A stretch of 64,000 bases of DNA, from NCBI RefSeq assembly GCF_009914755.1, contig NC_060941.1. The stretch is one strand, 5' to 3'. The stretch comes from the human T2T-CHM13v2.0 reference genome, Homo sapiens. Below the pieces are notes generated by a model. The model was not told the origin of the DNA and searched no databases. It saw nothing but the letters and a program-made list of their open reading frames with translations. The number at the start of each line of letters is the position of its first letter. Within the stretch, counting starts at the first letter, position 1. The position numbers were made by a program, and so were the translations under genes. Shown here piece after piece: positions 31,801 through 45,400 of the stretch.

Positions 31801-33600
31801 TCAGTTGATTCTATTCATTTCTATTCGATTCAATGCCATTCCATTCCATTCCATTACATTCCAGTTGAATCCGTTATATTCCATTCCATTCCATTCCACT
31901 TGGGTTCATTCCATTCTGTTGTATTCCATTCCATTCCATTCTATTCCATACCATTCCATTCCATTGCATTCCACTCGGGTTGATTCTATTCCATTCTGTT
32001 CCATTACATTGCATTCCACTCCGTTCCATTCCATTGCATTCCACTCGGGTTGATTCAATTCCATTCTATTCCATTCCATTCCATTCGTTTCCACGTGAGT
32101 TGATACAATTCCATTCTATTCCTTTCCTTTCAATTCCATTCCATTCCGTTCCACTCTGGTTGATTCCATTCCATTCCATGCCATTCTATTCCACTCGGTT
32201 TGACTCCTTTCCATTCCATTCCCTTCCATTTCAATCCATTGCTTTCCTTTCCATTCCAATTAATACAATTCCATTCTATTCGATTCCATTCCATTCCATT
32301 CCATTCCATTCCAGTTGATTCCATTCCATTCCTTTCGATTCCATTCCATTCCATTCCATTGCATTCCATTCCATTCCATTGCACTCGGGTTGATTCCATT
32401 CCATTCCAGTCCATTCCACTCCACTCGGATGGATTCCATTCCATTCCATTCCATTCCATTCCATTCCTTTCCATTCCATTCCATTCCACCCGGGTTGATT
32501 CCATTCCATTCCATTCCATTCCATTCCATTCCACTAGGGTGGATTCCATTGCATTCCATTCCTATCCATTCCATTCCATTCCATTCCATTCCACTGGAGT
32601 TGATTCCATTCCATTGCATTCCTTTCCACTTCATTCCATTCCATTACTCTAAGGTTGAGTCAATTCCGTTCTTTTCCATGCCATTCCATTCCATTCCATT
32701 CCATTCCATTCCATTCCATTCCATTCCATCAGGGTTAATTCATATCCATTCTATTCCATTCCTTTCCATTCCATTCCATTCCACTCGTGCTGATTCAATT
32801 CCATTCTATTCCATTCCATTCCATTCCATTCCTCTCGGATTCACTCCATTCCATTCCCTTCCATTCCATTCCATTCCATTCCAGTTGATTCAATTCCATT
32901 CTATTACATGTCATTCCATTCTATTCCATTCCATTCCATTCCATTCCATTCCATTCCATTCCATTCCTTTCCACTTCGGTTGAATTCATTCCACTCCATT
33001 CCAATCCATTCCATTCCATTCCATTCCATTCCATTCCATTCTACTCGGGTTGATTCAATTCCATTCTATTGCTTTCCATTCCATTCCAATCCATTCCATT
33101 CCATTACAGTTGATTGAATTCTATTCTAATTCATTGCTTTCCATTCCATTCCATTCCATCCCAGTTGATTTAATTCCATTCTATTCCGTTCCGTTCTATT
33201 CCAGTTGATTCAATTCCATTCTATTCCATTCCATTCCATTTCGTTCCATTTCATTCCATTCCATTCCACTCGGGTTGATTCAGTTCTATTCCATTCCATT
33301 AAATTCCATTCCAATAGGGTTGATTCAATTCCATTCTATTCCATTCCATCGCACTCCTTTCCATTCCATTCTATTCCATTCCATTCAGTTCCATTCCATT
33401 CCATTCCATTGCATTCCAGTTGATTCCATTCCATTCCATTCCATTCTATTCCATTCAATTCGATTCGAGTCCAGTTGATTCAACTTCATTCTTTTCCACT
33501 CCATTCTATACCATTTCATTCCATTAAATTCCATTCCACTAGGCTTGATTCAATTATATTCCATTCCATTCCATTCCATTCCATTCCATTCCATTCCACT
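28899..33600 (+). repeat. Higher-order repeat copy 4, internally deleted (3224 bp) and truncated
   Basis: Follows unit positions ~1-3690, jumps at ~32,565-32,580 to unit position ~6920, and continues to unit position ~7920. It lacks both GGATCC sites of the full unit. The right boundary is approximate. Confidence 0.9.
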
Positions 33601-36430
33601 AAGCTTGATTCAATTCCATTCCCTTCCGTTCCAATCCATTCCATTCCATTCTATTCCTTTAAATTCATTTGCTTTCTAATCGGGTTGATAATATTCCATT
33701 CTTTTCCATTGCATTCCATACCATTCCATTCCATTCCACTCCACTCGGGTTTATCCAATTCCATTCCATTCCACTCTATTCCATTCCATTCCAATCCATT
33801 CCACTCCAGTCGGTTTGACTGAATTCCTTTCTATTCATTTCCATTCCATTCCATTCCATTCCATTCCATTCCAATCCTTTCCATTCCATTCCATTCCTTT
33901 CCATTCCACTCGGGTTGATTCCATTCCATTCCATTCCATTCCATTCCGTTCCATGCCATTCCAATCCATTCCATTCCACTCGGTTTGATTCTATCCCATT
34001 CAATTCCATTCCATTCCACACCATTGTATTCCATTCCATTCCATTTCACTCTACTCAGGTTCATTCAATTCCGTTCTATTCCATTGCATTGCATTCCATT
34101 CCATTCCATTCCATTCCTCTCTACTCGGTTTCATTCAATTCCATTCTATTCCATTGTGTTGCATTCCATTCCATTCCATTACATTACATTGCATTCCATT
34201 CCACTCGGGTGGATTCCATTCCATTCCATTCCATGCCATTCCAATCCATTCCATTCCATTGCATTCCAGTTGATTCCATTCCATTCCATTCCATTCCATT
34301 CCATTGCACTCCATTCCATTGCATTCCACTCGCCTTGATTCAATTCTATTCCATTCCATTGCATTCCATTCTATTCCATTCAATTCCATTCGAGTCCTGT
34401 TGATTCAATTCCATTCTATTCCACTCCATTGTATTCCATTTCATTCAATTAAATTCCATTCCACTAGGCTTGATTCAATTATATTCCATTCCATTCGATT
34501 CCTTTCGATTCCATTCGATTCCATTCCATTCCGTTCCATTCCATTCCATTCCACTAGGCTTGATTCAATTCCATTCCCTTCCGTTCCAATCCATTCCATT
34601 CCATTCTATTCCTTTAAATTCCTTTGCTTTCTAATCGGGTTGATTCTATTCCATTCTTTTCCGTTGCATTCCATACCATTCCATTCCATTCCACTCCACT
34701 CGGGTTCATCCAATTCCATTCCATTCCAATCCGTTCCACTCCAGTCGGTTTGACTAAATTCCTTTCTATTCATTTCCATTCCATTCCATTCCATTCCATT
34801 CCATTCCATTCCATTCCATTCCTTTCCATTCCATTCCATTCCATTCCAATCCTTTCCATTCCATTCCATTCCTTTCCATTCCACTCGTGTTTATTCCATT
34901 CCATTCCATTCCATTCCGTTCCATGCCATTCCAATCCATTCCATTCCACTCGGTTTGATTCTATTCCATTCAATTCCATTCCATTCCACACCATTGCATT
35001 CCATTCCATTCCATTCCACTCTACTTGGGTTCATTCAATTCCATTCTATTCCACTGCATTCAATTCAATTCCATTCCATTCCACTCTACTCGGTTTCATT
35101 CAATTCCATTCTATTCCATTGCGTTCCATTCCATTCCTTTCCATTCTATTACATTGCAGTCCATTCCCCTCTGGTTGATTCCATTCCATTCCATTCCATT
35201 CCATGCCATTCCAATCCATTCCATTCCATTGCATTCCAGTTGATTCAATTCCATTCCATTCCATTCCATTCCATTGCGCTCCATTCCATTCCATTCTTCT
35301 CGCCTTGATTCAATACTATTCCATTCCTTTCCATTCCATTCCATTCCATTCCATTCCATTCCATTCCATTCTATTACACTCGGTTTGATTCCATTCCATT
35401 CCATTCCATTCCAGTTGATTCAATTCCATTCTATTCCATTCTTTTTCATTCCATTCCATTCCATTCCAATCCAGTTCATTCCATTCCATTCCATTCCATT
35501 ACATTCCATTCCAGTTTATTCCATTCCATTCCATTCCCTTCCATTCGATTCCATTCCATTCCATTGCATACCATTCCATTCCACTCAGATTGATTGAATT
35601 CCAATCTATTTCATTCCCTTCCATTCCATTCCACTCAGGTTGATTCAGTTCTATTCCATTCCATTAAATTCCATTCCAATAGGGTTGATTCAATTCCATT
35701 CTATTCCATTCCATCGCACTCCTTTCCATTCCATTCTATTCCATTCCATTCAGTTCCATTCCATTGCATTCCAGTTGATTCCATTCCATTCCATTCCATT
35801 CTATTCCATTCAATTCGATTCGAGGCCAGTTGATTCAACTTCATTCTATTCCACTCCATTCTATACCATTTCATTCCATTAAATTCCATTCCACTAGGCT
35901 TGATTCAATTATATTCCATTCCATTCCATTCCATTCCATTCCATTCCATTCCACTAGGCTTGATTCAATTCCATTCCCTTCCGTTCCAATGCATTCCATT
36001 CCATTCTATTCCTTTAAATTCCTTTGCTTTCTAATCGGGTTGATTCTATTCCATTCTTTTCCATTGCATTCCATACCATTCCATTCCATTCCACTCCACT
36101 CGGGTTCATCCAATTCCATTCCATTCCATTCCATTCCATTCCATTCCAATCCATTCCACTCCAGTCGGTTTGACTGAATTCCTTTCTATTCATTTCCATT
36201 CCATTCCATTCCATTCCATTCCTTTCCATTCCATTCCATTCCAATCCTTTCCATTCCATTCCATTCCTTTCCATTCTACTCGGGTTGATTCCATTCCATT
36301 CCATTCCATTCCGTTCCATGCCATTCCACTCCATTCCATTCCACTCGGTTTGATTCTATTCCATTCAATTCCATTCCATTCCACACCATTGCATTCCATT
36401 CCATTCCATTCCACTCTACTCGGGTTCATT
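33600..36430 (+). repeat. Mosaic flank built from diverged sub-blocks of the higher-order unit, including a ~2.37-kb-offset duplication
   Basis: cctttaaattc(c/a)tttgctttctaatcggg lies at ~33,657, 34,611 and 36,011. ccaatagggttg lies at 33,311 and 35,676 (offset 2365), each followed by the same block order. Confidence 0.8.
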
Positions 36431-39400
36431 CAATTCCATTCTATTCCATTGCATTCCATTCAATTCCATTCCATTCCATTCCTTTCCATTCCATTCCTTT
36501 CCACTCCACTCGGGTTGATTCAATTCCATTCCTTTCCATTCCATTCTTTTCCATTCCATTCCATTACTTTCCATTCCATTCCATTTGACTCTGGTTGATT
36601 CAATTCCGTTCCATTCCTTTCCTTTCCAATCTATTCCATTTCTCTCCATTCCAGTTGATTCAGTTCCATTCTATTCCATACCATTCCATTCCATTCCAGT
36701 TGATTCCACTCTTTTCCATTCTATTCCATTCCATTCCATTCCATTCCATTCCACTCGGGTTGATTGAATTCCATTCTATTCCATTTCATTCCATTCCATT
36801 CCACACCATTCCATTCCACTCGGGTTGGTTCAATTCCATTCCATTGCATTCAAATCCATTCCAATCCACTCGGGTTGATTCAACTCCATTCTATTCCATT
36901 CTATTCCATTCCATTCCTTTCGACTCCATTCCTTTTGACTGCATTCAGGTTGATTCAATTCCTTTCCATTCCATTCCATTACATTCCATTCCCTTCCATT
37001 TGACTCTGGTTGATTCAATTCCATTCCATTCTTTTCCATTCCAATCGATTCCATTCCAATCCATTCCAGTTGATTCAATTTCATTCCATTCCTTTCCATT
37101 CCATTCCATTCCATTCCATTCCATTCTATTCCATTTTATTCCATTGCATTCCATTCCACTCTGGTTGATTCAATTCCATTCTATTCCATTCCATTCCAGT
37201 GCATTCCATTCCATTCCATTCCAGCTGATTCAGTTCCATTCAATTCTATTCCATTGCATCCCTTTCCAATCCATTCCATTCCGTTCTACTCCATTCCATT
37301 CCACTCAGGGTGATTCAGTTCCATTCCATTGCATTCCATTCCAGTCCATACCATTCTGTTCCATTCCAGTTGATTCAATTCCATTCTATTCCATTCCATT
37401 CCACAACATTCCATTCCATTCCTTTCCATTCCATTCCATTCCACTCGGAATGATTCAATTCCCTTCCATTCCTTTCCATTCCAGTTCCTACCATTCCATT
37501 CTATTCCATAGAATTCCATTGCATTTTATTACATTCCACTCGTATTGATTCCATTCCATTCCATTCCATTCCATTCCATTCCATTCCATTCCATTCCTTT
37601 CCATTCCATAGAATTCCTTTCCATTCCATTAAATTCCACTCGGGTTGATTCAATTCCATTCTATTCCATTCCATTTCATTCCACTCCATTCCATTGCATT
37701 CCATTCCATTCAATTCCATTCCATTCCACTCGGATTTATTCAATTTCATTCCTGTCCATTCCATTCCATACCATGCCTGTAGATTCATTTCCATTCCATT
37801 CTAATGCGTTCCATTCCTCTCCATTCCATTGCTTTCCATTCCTTTCCCTTCCATTCCACTAGGGTTGATTCAATTCCATTCTATTCCATTCCATTCCTTG
37901 CATTTCATTCCATTCCATTCCTTTCCATTCCATTCCAGTGGATTCCATTTCAGTGGATTCCAGTCCATTCCATTCCTTTCCAATCGGGTTGATTGAATTC
38001 CATTCTATTCCATTCCATTTAATTCCATTCCATTCCATTCCATTCGGGTTGATTCAATTCCATTCCATTCCATTCCACTCCATTCCATTCTATTCCTCTC
38101 CATTAATTTCCACTCCGTTCCATTCCGTTCCATTCCATTCCATTCCAATCGGGTTGTTTTAGTTCCATTCTATTCCACTCCATTCCACTCCATCCCATTC
38201 CATTTCATTCGTGTTGATTCAATTCCATTCAATTCAATTCCATTCCACAGTGGTTGATTCAATTCCATTCTATTCCATTCCATTCCATTTCATTCCATTC
38301 CATTCCATTCCACTCTGGTTGATTCAATGCTTTCCATTCCATTCTATTCCATTCCATTCCATTTCATTCCATTTGAATCAATTCCACTCTATTCCATTCC
38401 ATTCCATTCCATTCCATTTTATTGCATTCCATTCCATGCCACTAGGATTGGTTCAATTCCATCATGTTCCATTCCATTCCATTCCATTCAATTCCATTCC
38501 ATTCCATTCCATTCCTTTCAATTCCAGTTGATTCCATTCCATTCCATTCCATTCTATTCCATTCCATTCCATTCCACTCCATTCCACTCCATTCCATTCC
38601 ATTCAATTTTACTCAATTCCATGGTATTCCATTCCATTCCACTCCATTCCGTTCCACTCAGGTTCATTCCATTTCATTCCATTCCATTCCATTCCATTCC
38701 ATTCCACTCCAGTTGATTCAATTACATTCTATTCTTTTCCATTCCATTCCTCTCCAATCCAATCCATTCCATTCCATTCCATTCCATGCCATTCCATTCC
38801 TTTCCCCTCTTTTTAGTGGCATTCCATTCCATTCCATTCTATTCCACTCCGTTCCTTTCCACTCGGGTTGATTCCATTAAATTGCCTTCCATTCCACTCC
38901 CCTCGGGTTAATTCCATTCCATTCCATTCCATTCCATTCCATTCCATTCCATTCAATTGCATTCCATTCTATTCCATTCCATTCCATTCCTTTACATTAC
39001 ATTACATTCCACTCGTGTTGATTCAATTCTATTCCATTCCATTCCATTCCGTTTCACTAGGGTTGATTCAATTGCATTCTACTCCATTGCATCCTACTCC
39101 TTTCCGTTCCATTCCATTCCATTCCATTCCATTCCATTCCATACCACTGAATTCCTGGGGATTCCATTTCATTCCATTCCATTCTATTCCATTGAATTCC
39201 ATTCGATTCCAGTTCATTCAATTCCATTATATTCCATTCCATTCCATTCCATTTCATTCCATTAAATTCCATTCTGCTAGGTTTCATTCAATTCTATTCC
39301 ATTCCATTCCATTCCATTACACTTCTGTTGATTCAGTTCCATTCTGTTCCATTCCAATCCATTTCATTCCATTCTATTCCTTTCCATTCCACTCCATTCC

Positions 39401-42400
39401 ATTCCATTCCATTCCAATACACTCTACTCGGTTTCATTCAATTCCATTCTATTCCATTCCATTCCATTGCATTCCATTCCATTCCAATCCATTCCACTCC
39501 TCTCTGTTTGATTCAATTCCATTCTATTCCTTCCCATTCCATTCCATTCGATTCCATTCCTTTCCATTCCATTCCATTCCATTCCATTCTACTCGGGTTG
39601 ATTCCATTCCATTCCATTCCATGCCATTCCAATCCATTCCGTTCCATTCCATTCCACTCCCCTCGGGTTGATTCAATTTCTTTCTATTCCATTCCATTCC
39701 ATTCCATTCCATTCCATTCCACCCGGGATGATTCATTTCAATTCTATTCCATTCGATTCCATTAAATTCCATTCCAGTCCAGTTGATTCAGTTCCATTCC
39801 ATTGTATTCTTTTCCATTCCATTCCCCTTTAGTTGGTTCGACTCCATTCGATTCGATTCCATTCCATTCCATTCCCCTCGGATTGATTCAATTCCTTTCA
39901 ATTCCATTCCATTCCATTCTATTCCATTCCATTCCATTCCACTCGGGTTGATTTAATTCCATTGCATTCCATTAAATTCCATTCCATTCCATTCCATTCC
40001 ATTTGATTCCATTCCATTCTATTCTATTCCATTCCATTCCATTCCATTCCATTTCACTCCATTCCATTACACTCGGGTTGTTTCATTTCCCTTCTATTAC
40101 ATTCCATTCCGTTCCATTCCATTCCATTCCATTCCATTCCATTCCATTCCATTCCACTCCATTCCACTCGGGTTGATTCAATTCCATTCCATTCCGTTCC
40201 ATAACATACCATTCAATTCCATTCCATTCCAGTTTATACAATTCAATTCTATTCCATTCCATTCCAGTTTATTCCATTCCATTCCATTCCATTGCATTAA
40301 ACTCAGGTTGAATCTATTCCATTCCATACCATTCCATTCCATTCCATTACATTTCATGCCAGTTGATTCAATTGCATTCCTTTCCATTCTATTCCATTCA
40401 ATTGCATTCCAATCCATTCCATTCCATTCCAGTTGATTCAATTCCCTTCTATTATATTGCATTCCATTCCATTCCATTCCATTGCACCCGGGACCGTTCA
40501 ATTCTATTCCACTGCATTGCATTCCACTAGGGTTGATTCATTTCCATTCCATTCCATTCCAATCCATTCCATTCCATTCCATTTGATGCAATTCCATTCT
40601 ATTCCACTCTATTCCATTCCATTGGATTCCACTCCCTTCCATTCCATTGTCTTCCAGTTGACTCAGTTCCATTCCATTCCATTCCATTCCATTCGTTTCC
40701 ATTCCATTCCTTTCCATTCCATTGCATTCCCCTGGCGTTGGTTCAATTCCATTCTCTTACATTCCATTCCATTGCATTCCATTGCATTCCATTCCCCTCG
40801 GATTGATTCCATTCCATTCCATTCCATTCCATTCGATACCTTTCCATGCCTTTCATTTAGGTTAATTTCCATTGCATTCTATTCCATTCCAGTTGATTCC
40901 ATTCCATTCTATTCCATTCAATTCCATTTCATTACTTTCCAGTTGGTTCCATTCCATTCCACTCTATTGCATTTCATTCCATTCCATTCCATTTGATTCA
41001 AATTCATTCTATTACATTGCATTCTATTCCATTCCATTCCACTTAGGTTGATTCCTTTCCATTCCATTCCATTCCATTCCAGTTGATTCCACTCCATTCT
41101 ATTCAATTGCATTCCATTCTATTCCATTCCACTTAAGTTAATTCCATTCAATTCCATACCATTGCATTCCATTCCATTCTATTCCAGTTGATTCAATTCC
41201 ACTCCATTCCATTCCATTCTATTCCATTTCTTCCTCTCATGTTGACTGAATTCCATTGAATTCCATTCCATTAAATTCCATTACATGCCATTTCCCTCGG
41301 GTTGATTCCATTCCATTCCATTCCATTCCATTCCATTCCATTCCGCTCGCGTTGACACAATTCTATTCTATTCCATTCCATTGCATTCCATTGAGTTCCT
41401 TTCCATTCCATTCCATTCAATTCCAATCCATTCCATTCCTCTCTTTTGCATTCAATTCCATTCTATTCCATTCGATTCCATTCCATTCCATTCCATTCCT
41501 TTCCTTTCCTTTCCATTCCATTCCATTCCTTTCCATTCCACTCCATTCCTTTCCATTCCATTCCATTCCGTTCCGTTCCATTCCATTCCACTCCATTCCA
41601 TTCCAATCTATTCCACACCACTCTGGTTGATTCAATTCCATTCTATTCCATTGCATTCCTTTCCATTATATTCCATTCCATTTCATTCCGTTCCATTCCA
41701 TTCCATTCCATTGCAGTTGATTCAATTCCATTCTCTTCCATTCCATTCCATTCCATTTCATTCCATTCAATTCCATTCCATTCTAGCCATTCCATTGCAC
41801 TCGGTTTGATTCATTTCCTTTCTATTCCATTCCATTCCATTCCATTGCATTCCTTTCCATTCCATTCCCTTCCAGTTTATTCAGTTCCATTCTATTCCAT
41901 TCCATTCCATACCATTCCATTCCATTCCACTCGGGTTGGTTCGAATCCATTCTATTCCAATCCGTTCCCTTCCATTCCATTCCATTATATTCCATTCCAT
42001 TACTTTCTGTTCTGTTCCATTCCATTTCATTCCATTTCGTTGCATTCCTTTCCATTCCACTCGGGTTGATTCAATTCCATTCTATTGCATTCCATTCCCC
42101 TCCATTCCATTCCATTCCATTCCATTCCATTCCATTCCATTCCATTACACTTGGGTTGTTTCAATTCCCTTCTATTCCATTGCATTCCATTCCATTGCAT
42201 TCCATTCCATTCTATTCCATTCCATTCCATTCCATTCCATTCCATTCCATTCCATTCCATTCCTCTCCATTCCATTACATTCTATTCCATTCTTCTCGGG
42301 TGGATTCAATTCCATTCCATTCCATTCAATTCATTTCCATTCCATTCCATTCCATCCCATTGCATTGCCTTGAATTCCATTACATTCCACTCGCGGTGAT

Positions 42401-45400
42401 TCCATTCCATTCCATTCCATTCCATTCCATTCCATTCCATTCCACTCGGGTTGATTCAACTCCATTCTATTCCATTCCATCCCACTCCATTCCATTCCAT
42501 TCCATACAATTGAATTGCTTTCCATTCCATTCCATTCCATTCCATTCCATTCCATTCCATTCCATTCCTTTCCGTTCCATTCCATTCCATTGCATGCTTT
42601 TCCGTTACACTCTGTTTGAAACAATTCCCTTGTACTCCATTCCATTCCATTCCATTCCTTTCCATTCCATTCCATTCCATTCCATTCCATTCCCCTGCAC
42701 TCTGGTTGATTCAATTCCATTCTATTCAATTCCAATTGTTTCCATTCCATTCTATACAATTTGATTCAATTCCATTCTATTCCATTCCATTCCATTCCCT
42801 TCCACTCCTTTCTATTTGATTCCTTTCCATTCCATTGCACTTGGGTGATTCAATTCCATTCCATTCCTTTCAATTCCATTCCATTCCATTCTATACCATT
42901 TTAGTTGGTTCAATTCCACTCTATTTCATTCCATTCCACTCCATTCTATTCCATCCTATTACAATCCACTTGAGTTGTTTCAATTCCATTCTATTCCATT
43001 CCGTTCAATTCCATTCCGCTTGGTTTGATTCAATGCCATTCGATTCAATTCCATTCCATTCCATTGCATACCGTTCCATTCCATTCCACTCATGTTGGTT
43101 CCGTTATATTACTTTCCATTAAATTCCATTCAATTACGTCCCATTTCATTCCAGTTGATTCCATTCCATTACATTCCATTCTATTCCAGTCCATTCCATT
43201 CAATTCCAGTTGATTCAATTCTATTCCATTCAATTCCATTCCATTCCCTTCCATTCCAGTTGATTCAATTCTATTCCATTGAATTCCATTCCATTCCCTT
43301 CCATTGCATTCCACTCGGGTTGATTCAATTCCATTCTATTCCATTCCTTCCCACAGCATTCCATTCCATTCCATTCCATTCCACTCCATTCCATTCCATT
43401 CCATTCCAGTCGTTTCCATTCCATTCCATTCCATTCCATTCCTTTCCATTCCACTTGGGTTGATTCAATTCCCTTCTATTCTATTCCATTCCATTCCATT
43501 CCTTTCCGTTCCATTCAGTTCCATTCCACTCAGGTTGATTCCATTTCATTCCATTCCATTCCATCCCACTCCATTCCATTCCATTCCATTCCATTCCACT
43601 CCATTCCATTCCATTCCACTCCATTCCATTCCATTTCACTCCACTCAGGTTGATTCAATTCCATTCTATCCCATTCCATTCAATTCCATTCCATTCCTTA
43701 CCATGGCACTCCGCTCGGGTTGATTCATTTCCATTCTTTTCCATTCCATGCCTTTCCACTACATGCCTTTCCATTCCATTCCACTTGGGTTGATTAAATT
43801 CCATTCCATTCCATTCCATTTCATTCCATTCCATACCATTCCATTCCATTCCATTCCAGTTGATTAAATTCCATTTTATTCCATTCCATTCCTTTCCATT
43901 CCATTCCACTCGGGTTGATTCCATTCCATTCCATTCCATTCCATTCCATTCCACTAGGGTTGATTCAATTCCATTACATTCCATAACAACCCATTCCATT
44001 CCATTCCATTCCATCCCATTCCATTGCATTCCACTCGGGTTGATTCAATTCCATTCTATTCGTTTCCATTCCACTGCATACCAATCCATTCCATTCCATT
44101 CCTTTCCTTTTCATTCCACTCTTGTTGATACAATTCCCTTCTATTCCATTCCATTCCATTCCTTACCATTCCACTCCACTTGGGTTAATTCTATTCCATT
44201 CCATTCCATTCCATTCCATTCCATTCCATTCCATTCCATTCCGTTCCCTTCCATTCCGTTACACTCCTTTCCAATCCATTCCATTCCTCTCGTGTTGATT
44301 CAATTCCATTCTTTTCCATTATATTCCATTAGTTTCCTTTCCATTCCATTCCATTCCATTAAATTCTGTTTCTCCTGGGTTGATTGAATTCCATTCTATT
44401 CCATTCCAATCTATTCCATTTCATTCCCTTTCATTCCACTCGGGTTAGTTCCATTCCATTCCTTTCCATTCCATTCCATTCCATTCCATTCCACTCCGTT
44501 CCGTTCCGTTCCATTCCATTCCGTTGCATTCCATTCCAATCCATTCCATTCCTCTCGGGTTGATTCAATTCCATTCTTTTCCATTCTATTCCATTCCATT
44601 CCATTCCATTCCATTCCATTCCATTCCATTGCTTTCCATTCCACTCGGGTTGATTCCATTCCATTCCATTCCATTCCTTTCCCTTCCATTCCACTCCATT
44701 CGTGTTGATTCCATTCCATTCCATTCCATTCCACTCGTGTTGATTAAATTACATTTTATTTCATTCCATTCCATTCCATTCCATTCAAGAAAGTTTGATT
44801 CCATTCCATTCCATTGCATTCCATTCCATTCCATTGCAGTTGATTCAGTTCCATTCTATTCCATTCCATTCCATTCCATTCCATTAAATCCCATTCCAAT
44901 CCACACGGGTTGTTTCAATTCCATTCTATTCTATTCCATTCCATTCCATTCCATTCCATTCCACTCGGGTTGATTCAATTCTATTCTATTCCATTCCATT
45001 GCATTCCATTGCATTCCTTTCCATTCCATTCCATTCAATTCCAATCCATTCCATTCCTCTCGGTTTCATTCAATTCCATTCTATTCCATTCCATTCTATT
45101 CCGCTCCATTCCATTCCATTCTTTTCCATTCCATTCCATTCCACTCCTTTCCATTCCATTCCATTCCATTCCATTCCATTCCATTCCATTCCATTCCATT
45201 CCACTCCATTCCATTCCATTCTATTCCACTCCACTCTGGTTGATTCAATTCCATTCTATTCCATTGCATTCCATTACATTATATTCCATTCCATTCCATT
45301 CCGTTGCATTCCCTTCCATTCCATTCCAGTTGATTCAATTCCATTCTCTTCCATTCCATTCCATTCCATTCCATTGCATTCCACTCGGGTTTGTTCAATT

